In this document: one piece after another, positions 1-15,800 of the stretch | Layout: each line of letters begins with the position of its first letter | Numbering within the stretch: the first letter of the stretch is position 1 | Notes under the pieces: model-generated | The model's database searches: none | The model's input: only the letters and a program-made list of their open reading frames with translations | Told to the model about the DNA's origin: nothing | Translations under genes and position numbers: made by a program | Assembly: GCA_949358305.1 (NCBI GenBank) | Contig: OX442314.1 | Coordinates: forward strand, 17,794,001-17,858,000 | DNA: 64,000 bases | From: Strigamia acuminata | Lineage: Eukaryota | Direction of reading: 5' to 3'

Positions 1-3000
1 TGTTATTGTCGTGTTCGTTCTTCTTTTCATTTATTTACGTTTCAATTTTCGTTGATGTAAAGTGTCCGAGCAGCACGACTGCGTTTTTGCATGACATTTG
101 CGACATGTAGTATTTTATGGTTCAGTGTTTAAAGTTACAAGCGTGGAATATTGGTCTAATTTTATAGTTAAAATGAATGCTTGTCAAATTGGTTGTAGGC
201 CCAGCCCTAATATCGACGTATTTACGCGACATGTGAATAGAATAGTGGCTTAAAGATAAATGCTGATAATTACCGACATAAGTAAAGTAAAGTAAACCTT
301 TATCGATTATCAATAAAATAAATGTAGGCTACGTTTTTTTAATTTTTTTTTTTTAACAATTTAATATCGGTAAGGACTGCATCCTTATCAAAACACTTTA
401 TCAGAACATTTTTCATTATTTTTTGGTTTCCAACAAAGTAATAATTTAGTTCCTTGTATTTTTTGAATCGGGTTTTTTATTTATTTACTTTTTTTTTGGG
501 TATCAATATTTTATACAGCTCTGGCGAAGTCTGTCATGTCTTTTCCGTTTGAAGTGAATTATTCCCTCCAGGAAAGGAGGTTTGACAAGCAAAGGAACAG
601 GCAAACGTCCACACTTATTGGCAGAAAGATGGAAACAAGATAAAGGGCACTTGGCAACAACATTCAGAATGTTGTCTAGTATCCGTTCGATAAGTCAGGG
701 CCTAAAAATAATCTGGCGCGTCTCGTTGACCCAATGCAAGTTGGATTTCAATTGATCCTGTTGTTCATTCTGTTGACACAGTAATGTATGAACGTATTTA
801 TTGATTGGCAATGACTATTGGAGCGCTGTAAATGTAACGCCTTTGTTTTTATGGCCATTAACTTGGAAAAAAATTCACAAAGTAATGATAAAATATTGAA
901 TTAAATTTGAGAATTTCAAATCGCATTTGAACGATGAAATATGTGGACTAATCTCGAAGTATGAATTATTTACGACTTTTATTTTAAATTATACAATTAC
1001 TACGAAATGAATGAAATTAGGAAGACAAAAAAATTTAATTGCATTTTTATTATAAAACTAAGGCATTAATACATGGCCACTGAATGTTTAAATGGATATG
1101 TATAATAATAATATAAAAATCACTAAATTGCATCCTCAAAATAACAAAATATCTGTTTTTCTGAGCTTATCTCTTCGTTTAATGTAAAATTCAGATTTAA
1201 TATATTTTAAAAATAGTTTTTAAAATGTAGTTGTTGTTAACTCTGCATATTTTTCTTTATTGACGATCACTTGAAAACATAGGGCGTCTCTCCGGATTTC
1301 GAGTCATTTACTAGGGTGGACCTCGTCACCTCTTTATTCTTTAGCAAATGTCTTCCATTTCCGGGTGGGTGGGGGCGTGAGGGCCCTGCGAAGTTCAATT
1401 CTTGAATTGGTGTGTTCATGGGTGGATGTCGCGTGCGAGGTCAATGTGCTAATTGCAGAGGACTGTTTGAGGTCTCGGACTTGGGCTTTGGAACTAATGG
1501 TGTGTGGATACGTTGTATTGTTGAAGATTTCCATTCTTCTGCACTCCTCACAAAATTCAATCCGGTTTTTCTTCCTTGATGATTCTCGTTTGTATTAAGA
1601 AAGAAAAAAAATGTACATCATTTTTCTTTTCTCCTTTAACCCATGTAAAATATTGAAGATTGATTTTTTTCCCTCCTCGTCTCGTCTGTAACTTCTCCAT
1701 CTTTTTTATTTTTTCTATTTTTTTTAGGCTGGGTTCTTTGAATTTTAGCCTGCTGACAGATAACTCGGCGCCAGTTTTATTGAAAAGCCTTTAATTCAAG
1801 TCTTGAACATAGTTTTGTTCGGTAGCTGTGGCGTGCAGTCATTTGTTCTTTTTTTTCTGCTTCTTTGGAATTCTTCGTTCTCGCCAATGAGATTTGATAT
1901 CAGTCATCCATCAGGTCAAGGGTGGGAAAAGAAAAAAGGAAGAAAAGGCTGAGTTTGGCGAGATTAAAAAACATGCAAGAAAAGAGCGTGTTATTGCCTT
2001 CACTGACCAAGAGAAAGAGAGTGAATGTGACAGCATATGTGACATCTGTGTCTGATTGATCTTCCTTTTCAGGGTGTGGTTATAGAAATCTTTCATTTAT
2101 CTTTTTTTTTTTTGGGTTTTTTTTTCCATATTAAAGGGCACATTTATCAGATTTTAAAATTCTGAGGTTTTTTTTAGCAATTTTTTTTGGTTCAATGACA
2201 GATTGTGTAATCACCATTCACCAAACTGCTCCATCTTTAGTTTCATTTTTTAAAAAAAAATATAGTTTTGTAATTTATTAATCCTGTTCAAATACTCGTG
2301 TGGATTGTGATTTTGTTGCGCGAACATAAAACTAAAACAATTAACCAATGCGTACATGTATATGAAACCATGTTTACGTGCTATTCTTTGATGATTATTA
2401 TTAATACGTGTTTTAAACTGATTAACTTAATCTCTTGGCGAAAATAGATCATATCTAGGTGCCTGTCTGTGTAATTCAGTTCTAGATTTAAGTTTTGTTT
2501 TGGTAAGCTTCGGCACAATCGCACACTGGGGACACATACGTAATATCAGAAGTGTTTTGTTTTGAAAAATTAATGATTTTTGTTTTTGTATTGGTTGTAT
2601 TTTTTGTATCTTGCCAGCCAACAGATTATTAGAAGTGGCTAGTTCTGTAATAATATTTCTGAAGAGATTAAACGAGTCGACTAAAGATTCGACTCACAAA
2701 CCCACGTTTGCAGAGACGTGACGTGTAAGAATAAACCGGAATAAACAATAGTTTTGCATGTGCAGCTGTAATCGTTCAAAGAATTACTTCTGTCTTGTAA
2801 AATCAAACCTTTTGTCGTTTAGTTATCTCAAATTTATGGCTTCTTCGTGCAGTTACAATTACAGCCAGTTCTTTCGTGTAAAGAATAGCTAACAGTGAAA
2901 AAAACGTATACTCGTATATGTGTGCGGTGATGGAAATAAAAGTTTTTATTTTATTTTTTACTTGAACGAAAAGAGGAAATGAGTTGTTGATGCGAGCTAA

Positions 3001-6000
3001 TCTCGAATCTCGGTTATTTTTCTTGTGTGACTTTTTTGTGGGTGTTATATAGTGTTTTGTTGTTAGAAGCCATGTGTGACAGTTCTTGTAAGGAAACTCA
3101 ATGCAGTTTTGGTTTCAATCTTGTCACGTTTCCCAATTTCCTTTCCCATTGAACTTCATAAGGGCTAAGTCCCCCTCTCTGGAAAACTTTTTTTTCTCTT
3201 TGGAGCTTTTCATCTCTTCATTCAAATGCGTCATGTTCCACCACTTGGACAGCACCATCTTCTCTCTCAAGTACGTGGCTAGTGCACTACGTGATCACGT
3301 ATGGGCTCGGCTGATCTTGGCGCATTCTTTTTACTTGGATATATACAGGCACAACTTGTAATTTTATTTGTATTCAACAACACACCGAGTTCTCGTCTAG
3401 TTTTCAGATTTGAACTTTACAGCAGCCATTCTAACGGCTGGGTGAGATTCATAAATAAATTAAAATAAATTTTAGAAAATGTTGTTCGGTAATTTCTCTA
3501 CGTAGTCTAATGTAAATTGAACAGCCGGGCATTGTAATGATCGTATTTTGGGACGGTGGTACGGTAGAAGTTGCTGATGGTTGCCTTAGTTACGTGCTAA
3601 AAGCTGTTGGCAATGAGATGCAAAAAGCAAGTAGATCTGTTCATTTTAATTCCGCAAAAGAAGCTAAATTAAAGCTAATTTTATCCTTGATGTGCAACTA
3701 GGGTGGAGGTGAAATATGCGTGAAAAGGAACCATAAAAACGAAGTATAAAAAAAAAATCATTCTCGCAAGAGATATTGACCCCGCCCTCCTCTTGTACAG
3801 ATTTTTGCTTGTGCTCGAATATCGTGCGCGACATTCCACCAATTAACGGCCGACTCTCCTCAACTCCCTTCTCTGGCGTATTGCCAATAATTAGTGCAAT
3901 GGAGGCTGATGCTCCTTCTCTTTTCCTCCATTCTTGTTTATTGTCTTAGCGTTACCTCAGCCCGTAATGCAATAAACAAGTGTTGAGATTGCTCAGTTTG
4001 TTCTAAGACTCCCTGCAGTATGAACAAATTGACCTTTGTTAAATTGAATGTTGAATCAGCTTTTAATATAGCGCCTCGGAATGGTTGGCTTTTAATACGT
4101 GTTTATAATGAAGAGCGCGCTGCTTCTGTTGGTTTTAACTGGGTCTTATCATATTGAACACTGATAACGAAGTGTGTGTATTCTTTGTCGTCGTCTTCTA
4201 CTTCTTCTTCTTCTTCGTGTGTGCTTCCATTAGACTTAATTGTCAATGGAAATTAAGGATTTGTCCTCGTTCGCACAAACACCCGCACCCACACACTCTC
4301 ACCATTTGCAATTCTTTGGTGAAAATTGTTGTGCTTTGCTTTTACGGCATCGGATCGAGCAAATTGAAGGCATTAGTGCTTCACAAGTCACATTAATTCT
4401 CAATAACAACATTTTAATCCCTTCATCTCCCTTCGTGTGAGTGTGTATGACAATATTAAACCTCATAATTTGAGCTCAATGTTATCGACATAAATTTTTT
4501 TCGCTCTTTGTTTTTCTTTAATTATTTAGTCTCATCTTGTTATGGAAACTTGAAATTCAATAGAGAATTTGAGAAAAATATTTTTATTGGCTATAAAGTA
4601 TGTTAAGAATTTATGTCGCATCAATTGTGTAAGAATGGGGAGGAAATTTTTACTGCTATTTTATTCTTCGGAAATGTGATAACATTGTTTTCCTGCTCAT
4701 TTGTTAGTGGGATTGATTTTTTTTTTTGCTATTTAAATGAACTCTCGTTTATCTTTCATTTAGTTTTTGTCTTTTATCTCGGCGGAAACTAGATTTTTAA
4801 AAATGTTGTATACAGTTTTTATTGTTTGTGCATATTGTAAATGTAATTTATTGCGCGCTTCGTTCGTTCGTTTTAGCCTCCTACCGTTTTGATTAAGACA
4901 TTAAAGCTATAGGTTGTACTTTTGTAATTTCAGACTAAAGAATTAGCATGAGCTTTTATGACAACGATGGGTGGTCTCATATGTTTTTCTTAATTATACA
5001 GGAAAAACATGTTTAAACAGTTGTGGAAAGAGTTGATTAAATGCGTTAATTATAAGCTTTTGTTCTGCTGAATTGAAATAATATTTTACGGAGTAACTTT
5101 TTATTTATTTTATTTTTTTTGGCTGCAACATGAGAAATGAAGCTGTCAGCAATTTCCAAATATATTAAATCAATTTGTCCGATGCGGTATTGGATTTTGA
5201 TATTAAAAAGAATGTAAAGAAAAATATATGTGACTGTTTGGTTGTAATACAGAATACAGATGTTATCTAGGAATGGTTTGGGGGATTATAAATAAGAGAA
5301 GTGTGTGTCAATTCAGTTTATTGCAACAATCCACAAAATAATTCAAATATTAAAGCTTTGCATTTGAATCGTTCATATTGAGTTCTGTTCAACTACAGCA
5401 TTAAATTTACTTATTCATCAAATACCACCGGCAGTTAAAGAATATTGAAGCAAACTTGGCGATTATGTGTGTGCTCGGATGCTGCAGCATCATCCATCAG
5501 GCTTCAATAAGTGTCAAGTTTGGAATGTCCGAACGAAAGAATAGTTGGTTTAGTTAAATCAAATTCCAGCCTTTTCTTCTTTTAAAGTTAAAGGTTTATA
5601 ATACGCACAATAAGCAATATTGTTTGTCACTCAAAATTGGTGTACTGTTTTGGGTAAGGAGGGGAGTTGCACCGCAATGCATAACCAACCTTTGGATGTG
5701 TGAATATGAATCAAAAATTAAGATTGAAGAGTACAATGAATATAAATAAAATTAGTTTGCATGAGGGGGCAGACACATCATTGTCAATTTGGCATCTACC
5801 GTCGCATCGTGTGCTGTCTGTAATCAGTGAGGACTCTGTTGATTGGAAATTTGTTTGAAGCAGGCTTGTGGTTTATATACGGAGTATATTTTTTGTTTTA
5901 GTATGTGAACTTAAGAGGTTTGTTGAAAAGTAATGATTAATCCATTGAGTCCATTGAATGGGTCGCCTTGTTTGATTGGCTTATTGATCTGGGGGCTCAG

Positions 6001-7480
6001 CATCAATAAATTGGACCCTCCAAATTGCAAGTGGGGAAAAAATTGTGAATTGATCTCATTGGAAGTGCAACCGAGCCCAGTCATTAGGTGCGTTCGATTT
6101 CTTTAAGGGAATCGCTACTTACATGACTTCACTGGCTTAAGTGCCTTCAAAACATGATGCTATGACTCGCATTCTGATATTTTTTGACAAAATTGAACAC
6201 ATCTCATGTTGTTGTTAGTGTTAACACGTGAAGAGCCAACGTGTTTAAATAATGGTTTATTTTTCAGCTTCTCTTTATTAGAAATTGGTATAAAAATGTT
6301 AGTTTTGACCCAAAAATATCACAGATACTTTTCATAGGTATTTGGCACTGCAGAGAATACCGTATCGAGGGGGACGAGTTCTGAAGCACCCTATCTTTTA
6401 TTTACACCGACAATTGAGGTAAACACATATAACTGGGGGCTGGTGGCAATGTTCTTAGCGCTTACCATGGAAACGGTAACTTAAATCAGTCAAGGATAGA
6501 TAGTAATCCATTCAAGTACTAACCAGACACAGTATTGCGTTTAAATGGGAACAGATTTTCAGCACTGAAGCGATAGTTGTGTAAGTGGATCAAAATTTTA
6601 TTTTGAAGACACTTTGAAGCGAGATCATTGTAATAACTACGAATTAATAATTTATATTATTTTTTTTGAGTAATTATAACTTGAAAAAGTAGTCGCATTC
6701 GGTAATAGTTGCAATAAAAAGAGAGCAGCTAGTGTACTCAATGTTTTTTTCGTTTGTAGAGAAAAGAAGTGAAGGATTTTGATTAGCACTTTGCCACTCG
6801 AGCTGCTTGTAGGTGTGCATTTGCAGTCGTAAGGAAGTCCCTCTCGCGTTGTGTTAAAGCCCTGGCCAGTCATTTTCTCCATTAGTGCCCCATGCATCTT
6901 AGTAATAAGAGCAGCGACAGAAAAAGCCACGTGGTGTCTTGATGTTGGTGCATCAGGAAACGAGTCAGCCACAGAACTCGCTCCTTTTCCTTCCTTAATT
7001 TATATTGCAAGGATTACAACTGAGCATTTTCCACCTCATTGCCTTAATAAAAAGTTTACTAAAGGCTATTTTTTTGTTTCCATTAAAGTTTAATGCTTCT
7101 TTGGAACGATCGAAGTAATAAACTTTGCAGCTGTTTGAGGAAGACACTTAAAAATTTTAGTTGATGATTATTGCTTAGGTCTTTTAAAACTTTAGCATAT
7201 AACAAGTTTTGGGTGAATTAAGAGATTGACGTGAGAGATCCCTGAAGTGAAAATGGAAAAACTCTTTAGGGACTCAAATGGCTTTTATGTACACTAGGTA
7301 ACTTCATCTGTCCTCTGGGAATTAATTGAAAAGGGGAGTTGTGATCAGTCGTGGTTGCACCACATACGGAATGGTTAGGACTATGTCATAATGATGTAAT
7401 GGTCCCAACAAATCCCGTGTTTTAAAGATTGGATTGGTCCATAGTGGGCCGAAGGGATTCTATGTGGTCATTGTACACCG

Positions 7481-7500
7481 GTGTGTGTGTGTGTGTGTGT
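7481..7500. repeat. (GT)10 microsatellite
   Basis: Read directly. Confidence 0.9.
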
Positions 7501-9689
7501 CCATAAAAGAAAGGAATAGTCGGGTCTTCTTTCTGCTATATCCCCATAGGTTTTAAGGTGCACCAAAATCGTGACCGCTGGCTGGCTGCAGAGTAATGCT
7601 AATGTGTTTGTATAAGAACACAGCATGGGGAATGAGGCCGAGGCCTTACATGTTGGCTCTATAAAAGCCATATACTTTGGAGCCAGCGTATTTCTCGATT
7701 TCCTAAGTGAATTGGATGTGCATCTTTAGTCTAGTTTATTGTCCAAAGGGTGGAGACAAACCCAATCAGAGTTGGTGTCAATACTGATGATTCAGTGACA
7801 ACTGAGGCCTTGGAAACGAGTGGTGAATGACGTATTTTCGCTAATCAATTTAAGTGCTAATAGTAGAATACTGTGATGTATTGATTAGGTCATGTTATGT
7901 CATTGTGTGAATTCCCAGTTGTTCAAGCAGGTTGTTAGACCAGATTGTCGACAAAGTGCCTTTTGTGTTTGTCGACAAAACTGGAAATATAGTGGAAATG
8001 CATTTTTTCGTATCATATTCTAAATATCAGTACTGGAAATATGGTGGAAACGTAATGTTTATATTTCATATATATATTTCCAATACATGAAATGATGATT
8101 ATTATATAAAATATATTTTCAATTGTTTTGTTTCAATTTCTAAACCTTTCTTGTGGGTATAATGTAATTCATAAAACATTTCTTACTAACCGCTTTAATG
8201 TTTTTGCGACGGCGTTTAATTAAGAACGCTATTTTTTGTTGGATAAAAGTGTTAAAGGAGCTCCTTTATTTACTCATCCCATCTTAGTCATTTTCAAAAA
8301 GAATTTTTTAATAAAGTTCTTTCCCTCTTGTTTTACTTCCTCGGTCTAATGTGAGTAGCTTTCATTAAACTTAACTCTTAAGCTTCACATCTAAAAGTCG
8401 AATGATGTTAAGGCTAAAAAGAGAATGGTGAAACCTTAAATAACAGTGGGCAACTAAGTTCATTAGCCATCCACACAACAATCTCTTCTTTTCTCTGCTA
8501 TTGAATTAGGGTGTTATAGTAATTAAATTTGAAGCGGCCAGTTGAAAGGAGAAGAAAAGGATGTAAATTGATTATACGTTTAGGCTTAACCTCTAATGCT
8601 TAAACCAGGAGAAGTTATGTTTCAGATAAATTTATTTGTTGATTGATAATTCCTTCTGTTCTCTTGTACTTAATTCTTAGATAAGTGTTTGCGTTTCTTA
8701 GCTTTGGACAAGATTATTCCGGATTTTCTTGTATGCGGGTTGCCACACTTTCCTGCATTGGAAGACTTCATTTTAGTTTGGCAAGCCATCTACTAAACGA
8801 CATGGCATTTAGTAATGGCTTAAAGTGATAAGATCCAAGTCACTTCCTTCCTCTTCATGGTGCGATAATGGACTAAAACAAAGGACATCTTGTTGTTGAG
8901 TAATGAGACAAACAAAATTGACTGCTTTTAATTTTTTTTTCTTCCAAATTTTTTTTCTAGTGTTTATTATGGTGATGATAATAATTGAATTAAGTGGGTA
9001 CGAAACTGTAAAGGTAGACTTAATTGCTCAGTTTTACTACTTTATAATTAACCAAGGAGAGATATGGACTGGAAAATATCGATTTGACTCTTTTCAAAAA
9101 AGACATTTTTTACCGGAAAGATAATAAAGTGTCACGGAAATTGGACTTGTATTTGGTAGCTTCCACGTGACAAACAAATGAGTGAATATTTAAGCAAGCA
9201 ACGTATAATTAGCATTCATTGATGATGTATAAAATTCTTTATTTTTGATAGGCTAATTTGAGGTCACATGCATAATAAAATGGGGGATTGTAATATCAGT
9301 TGAGGTTCTATCATGTGCACAAATGTGCCAGAATTATAAGTTTTATTATATGGTCATATAAATTTTGATTTTTTGTATGCAAAAGCAGAATTTAGAATTT
9401 GTGCGCCAAATTATGATACTAAAAATGAATTTTTAATTATTTAATCAATGGAAAGGTATGGTAAAGTTGCTTATTTAGAGTAAATCTAAATTATTCAATT
9501 GTCAATGTAGTATGAAATGTATTCAATTTTTCCATGCAATAAAATTTAATTTAGTTTGTCTGCAGTGAAGCCTGACTTCAACTTAGCATGCAATTGCTGA
9601 TATGCGCTCATAATTTTAATTTAAACAGCATAGCTAGAAAGAAAGTCAAGCAAAATCCAAACCATGTATACAACTAGCAAACAAAACAC

Positions 9690-9829
9690 TAGCTGCATTC
9701 AAAAATTAAAATAACAATTTTAGTTTAAGTGTATTTTAAGTTTTAACGTGGGTTTAAACAGGAAATGAAGTCATTTTTGGTTAAAAATTGAAGTAAAACA
9801 CAAAATATTTTAGTTTTTGAATGCAGCTA
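9690..9829. mobile_element. Small MITE-like element with TAGCTGCATTCAAAAA termini
   Basis: 24-bp inverted repeat with 23/24 match (9690-9713 vs 9806-9829). Confidence 0.6.
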
Positions 9830-12800
9830 CTGATACCGTATTTTATTTAAATTTTAGCTTTGCATGTGTTTTGCATTTTTGGGTTTTGTTGTTTTTCTCG
9901 GGTTTGAGTTGTTGGTGTTGTTGTTGGTGATTTTTTTTGGTCATTTTTAAGAAAATATTGCGAATAAAATAAATTAAAAACTGAAAAAAGAAAGTATCAT
10001 ATTGTTTCTTGCAATTTTTACATTTACCACGTTCTTCTAGAAATGTAGACCGTATTGTAATGTATCGAGTGACCGTTTTCTATTATCTTAAATATTGCGA
10101 CATTAGCAACGATTTCAAATTATAATGTAATTAAAAGCTAACAAAAACCAAGCAACAACTGTATTGTTTGTTGCCAGGCAGCAAAATGCCCAACAGCAAT
10201 GCGACAAACGGAATAAAATCTTGTAATGTCACTTTATTTTCTTTTAAGCAAGTACGTACGTAAAGGCTAAGTCCAGAAGAACTGAACACAAATAAAAAGT
10301 CAAACTTAGCCACTATTTACCTCTGGTCTTCTTGCAGTAGATTGTCACATCTAAACACTTCATATATCCTAGGCGCTAGGTCAGGGATTCCGAACCCCAG
10401 GGTGGCTTGGGTTGCAGGATATTTTTTATGAGTCGTGATGGGTTGCAGATAAAAGAAAAATTCGAAATTTGCACATTAAAATAGGGGAACAATGGTTGAA
10501 AGCCATCAGTGAACGTTATTGCAACACGAGGCAAAGCTTGGAAAGCAGCAAACTGAAACTCATTTCACACTCGTAATTACATGTAACTGTGGAAAAAACT
10601 GTTCTGGTCGTTATAGCGACTAAGAAAGATCAACAAACGACCCGGATCTAGTAATCGGTATCTGCTATATCGAACAATTTAAAATTAAAACACCTTTTAA
10701 AATTCAATTGACTCTTAAAAATCCAATGTTTTATTTTGAGTGACAGTTTTGACATTTATGTGCCGAAAGACGAATAAATACTAGAATAATTTATTGAAAG
10801 TCATTTGTTATCTATTAAAAGTTTTCGAGGCTATTTTTCTCTATAAAACATTACAACCGAACTGTAATTGATCACACAAGCCGAGCCAACCGATTCAAGA
10901 GCTCTTCCAATTTAACACAATTACCGTGTACAGTCAACATGCTTACAATCTAATGGCAAACGTACTTTATAGAAAAAAGTTACACCAAAATTGGTAATTA
11001 ACTTTCAGTTGATAGAGTTTTTTTTTTCTCTATAAAAAGAAAAAAAACGTTATTGTTCGACGTTATTAAATGTTTAGTCTTCATTAAGTTGACATTCATG
11101 TTACTGCCAGTTGACATGATATGAGAAGGGCTAAGATAAAGAAACTGACAATTGGTTTTTGAGTTGTTTACGGCGCTCTAGTCTATCATGGTTGCCTATA
11201 TTGGTCTAGTTGGCAATAAATTTTTTCTCCTATAATCAAGTTTGGATCCGAGATTTGTTCTTCTATTTTGCTGATTCAGGAGTTTTCTATGATCAAGTTA
11301 CTACGCAGGAATTTTTTTCTCCCATTCATTATTATTACTCTTTATTTACGTCAAAAAAATGTATTTTTTGAGGAAAAGTTAGTATTTGACAAATTTTTTG
11401 ACTGACTTTTATTTTTTATGTTGCGATTTTTGGTTCGTTGCATTTGAAATTCAATCTTCATTTTTACACTTGGTTTGCTTGGAAATTTTTTGTGCTTTTC
11501 ATATCTTTTCGCCGTTTGAGTTTCATCTTTCTTTTTGGTTATGCGATTTCTTTTTCTTCTTTTTTTCTATATCCGGGTACGGATGGCAAGGTTTTAAACT
11601 CTTGAGATTTGTTAATCTGGTTACTTTAAAGCCTACATTTACATGCGCGATAGATAATGTCACTTACTTAAAGGTAGCATTTTTAAGTTAGTTTATTAAA
11701 TGCTCCGTTTAATTATTCTAAGTTGAAAACTTTTATCAAATTTAAAGGAAGAAAAAAATTAATAAAAAAAAAAATTGGTGGAGGCATTTTACGGTATATT
11801 TTAATATTTTAAAGATAAAAGGTTAAGCCATGAATGAAAAGGGTAGGGGATGCGGAAGATAAGAAAAGGGCGTTGGTAACTGCAGATGGACACCGTAAAT
11901 TGCTTTTTATTGCCCCGAGTGGTTGTCGTGGGGCTGGTGGCTAAAGGCAAACGGGAAATCTTAAATTTCGAGGCACGTGTCACCTGCTTATGACGCCTTC
12001 TTTTACACACAACGTGCAATAGTAATCATTAATAAAGCTCTAGTTAAAATTTTATAATTTCCAAAAAAAAAAAATTGTTTAAAAAAATAATGTTTATAAT
12101 TTTTTATATAGAGAAAGTTAGAATTGAACATTTAAAAAACTTTTTTTTCCATGTTCCCCTGTGTACTGTGAAGAAAACTTCAAATACTCCGCCTAATGTC
12201 AGGCATTCTCAGCGGAGCTTGTTGATGTTGATTGCAGGTTTGATTGCTTCTACTCTTGAAAATGATTGCCGCCTGAATTTGATAAGCTCTTGTAGTCTTG
12301 TCAGGTTCGGGAGACGGTGCAAGCGGAGAATCGAGAGGAAGTACCACTTGAAGTTTACAAGATGTTTGCTGATCCAGTATGGGAGGAGTGGAAATGGAGA
12401 AAGGAAGCAAGGGTAACTTTATAAGGTCAAAAGGCTCACGTTGGGCGTCTCTTGTTGCCACTAAACGTAACCAGTGAGAGGGGTCAACTAAAGGGGGTCA
12501 GAGTACAGCATGTTCAACTCAAACTCTGTTTGATACAACCTATTGGTGTAGAAGAAAATGGCGGTCATTCATGTGGGCTGAATGCATGCGCCTCGTGCTT
12601 ATACAATTCCCGTGTGGTTATGATTTCATCTGCTTGGAATAAATACGAATTGTTTCGTCTTTGGACGCGTCTTGAAACTTTAATGGTTTTTTTTGTGAGG
12701 TTAATGTAAAGACTGCTTTAGGAGGAAGATTTTTGTGCAATTTAAAATTCGCAAAAGCAATTTACGAGAAGGAGCCATTAATAACACGCCGGTAGTCGTT

Positions 12801-15800
12801 TTTTTTCCATAGACCAAAGCTGAATATTGATTTTAGCATATCGTGGGGAGTTTTATTTCATCTAGAAACATTGTGGGGAAGACGAGGGGGTGGGGAATAC
12901 TAGTGTTCCGCAAGTTCGATAACTTGTGATATGAAATTTATTGTGATTACAACGTTGAAACTCTTAATGATAGTGGGCGAGACGTATTGGTGGATATGGA
13001 ATGTCAGTATTGGAGAGGATTAAAAAAAATAGGAACGAATAACCTGAATAGCTGTTTCGCACGCTACACATAAAGATTTGGATTGAATGACATTGCAGTA
13101 GGAAATACAAATAAAAAATTGTAGAAGAGGGCATTGATATTAGTCTTAGATCTAATTAGTGTGATATTTGTATGGAGAATTAAAGTGCAAATGCCAACCG
13201 TTTTTTTTTTTCTTTCTTTCTTTCTTTTTAAATTTAAAAGCGTTTGATCGAAGGGCATGTAAAGACTGACATGTAGTGGTCGGGTAGTTTGATTCACGTT
13301 TTTTCAGACAAACAACTTGTTTATGTCATCAAAATGGAGTGTACGAGATGGAGTTTCCTGCGTGACAAAGAACGCTCTTTGTAAAGGCTGTCATGAATCA
13401 AATTGATGTGTGTGATTGGAAAAGGAACAGAAGTCTGTAAATGATGTTTTTCAGCTCAAACAATGATTGATGCGAAATGGTGAGAAAATAATTATGTGCA
13501 AGTTTATTTTTTCTTTTTCATTTTTATTATTGATGTGTTTTTGTGTGTCGGGTTTGTTAATGGTGTATTGATGAGTTGATATTAAGTTATAAACATACTT
13601 TTGAGCTGCATGTTTATGGATTAGAAATCTGTATGGTAATGTTTGAAGTGGGAATGGATCTTTTCCCATTATGAAGGGCGGGTAAGTATTTGAGTGTTTG
13701 GTAGCGTGTGTGTGTTTGCGCTGGCGAACGTGTGTGTATGAGGCTGGAATCGTGATCATCAATAAGACACTGAATGGGAGTCCAGGGACTCATCGGATCC
13801 TCTGAGCAGTCGATGCGCCATTAAACTTGCATGGCTAAGTAGTAAAAAGCAAGTAAGGTGGTAGCTCTAGCTTTATCCTTACGTTTTTACTTCTTACCGA
13901 GATGAGAAAAAAAGGGAAAGAATATAAGGCCACGGTTATTGGGTGCGCTGGTGCAGTATTGAGTAAGTTGCATTTGATGTTAAGAGTTCGTTTCTGGTTT
14001 TGTTCCCACATTTAATTGAATGAGCTTGAATTTAATGCATTTAACGTAATTGCCTTTTATTAGAAGGGATTCAGTCTGGAATGACTTAATAAAGTACACG
14101 GGAGAAAGGATTGTGGAAGGATATAGTTTCAAATTGTGGCGTAATTAGGATTGCAAACAATAACAGATAATGGGTTCTATGTGCGTAAATATATTTGTAC
14201 TGATTTCAAAACATACGTTCTGGACTCTGGTGGAGTACGGGGGATTTGAAAGCTGAGCGAATTTTGGATTTCGATTAGGAAGCAGATGCAATGCGGTCTG
14301 TTTTGTTCGTTTCAATGGATTGCAATGGCTGCTTTAAGTTACTGCAGATATTGAATTGAACGAGTAGAACAAACTGTTGTATCTTATTTCTTAATTCCAA
14401 TGTAGCTGTACGTGGATGAAGGAAACAAAGAAATAATTCCAAAAACAGTCTTGGGATAATCATCATAATATGATGCTGTCGTTTGAAGCATCATTAAGGA
14501 ATGTTTTTGTCATACGATAAGAGTTAGTGTTTTTTTATTTTTTTTTATTTTTCTACAATAATTTATTTGATTTCGAGGATTTTTTTCTAAGTAAAAATGG
14601 TCGATTTATTCAGCGGTTTCGAATTATTAGAGTTTGTTGTTGAAATTGGACAAGTTTTGCAGTAATGGTTTTTATTTTGCAAATTGGATTATTTCCAAAT
14701 CGAATGTCAACACATTTCAGTAGAATTAGTAAATTTGGAATTAACGTAAAATTTTAATAGTTGGAATTCAATTTATTCAGTCAATTATTATTTTTTAAAA
14801 GCAGACATGTGGTTACGACACTTGACACACTATTTGCGGTGTCGGGTCAATCCAAATTAGTATTAAAGTTGAGTTTCGGATTGCGACTACCGTTGGAGAG
14901 TGTGACCAATTAACAACATCTGCCAATATTGTTGAGAGCTCCACTGCTGTTTTTAATGTAAGATGTCACAGCAGTTCTTATTAGATTACAGCATTTATGA
15001 AATTTTCTCTCTAACAAGTCGACATTGACTGAAAATGAGACCTCGTAAGTGTTTTATTGCATCATTTTGCACTTGGCAAGCTTCGTTGAAAATTTTCAAG
15101 CGCCAACTCTATTTCGATTCAGTTTAAACCGAATAATAATAATGACAACAAGAACGTAGTGAATTAATAAAAGAAGAAGAGCTAATTTATTTATACGTTT
15201 TTTCCCCTTTCCCTTTTTTGGGTGTGAGAAATGGATTAGCAAGCACTGGGTGTGGACACTCGGTTGATGTGCGTGGATTACGGTCGTTTCATTTGTCTCA
15301 CACGCACATGCACCGGAAGACCAATTTAAGGCACCTGATCTCACTCACCCAGACGTGCAATTATCTTCTGATGGAATTTGATATACCGTACTCAAAAAGT
15401 TATTGCAGTTTATGCTGTTAAAATTAGTGGTTTGTATTTTATTTACTAAAATCATGTTGAGCAAAAGCAATCGCAGAAGTAGGCGGCTTATTCGGAAATG
15501 TGTGTAGCTTGGGCTGGAGACGGAGACGGAGAACGAGGTTGCTAAGATTGTTATCCGCTGGTGATGACATGATGAGAAGAAGAGGCAAACGCAATCTTAG
15601 CGTGGTTCATTAAAACTTGGAGCGAGCAGCAGGTGAGTTGTGTAGGTAATAATGATTAAAGTGTCCCTTGTCTGATATAATTTAAAGACGAAGGAAAGGT
15701 GTAATTAGTTTTTGACTCGGCGCCAATGTCTGTATTACATAGTTTTTAGTGTAATTATTTAATTAGATGTACGTCGCCGCCTTGACTTGATAAATTGTGT

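Noticed and set aside
10382..10510. hAT-like MITE starting CAGGGATTCCGAACC
   Set aside because: No convincing matching right TIR or 8-bp duplication.
12305..12412. Possible small exon (VRETVQAENREEVPLEVYKMFADPVWEEWKWRKEAR) between AG and GT
   Set aside because: Weak splice signals, phase 0 rather than phase 1, and no resemblance to agrin domains that I can recognise.
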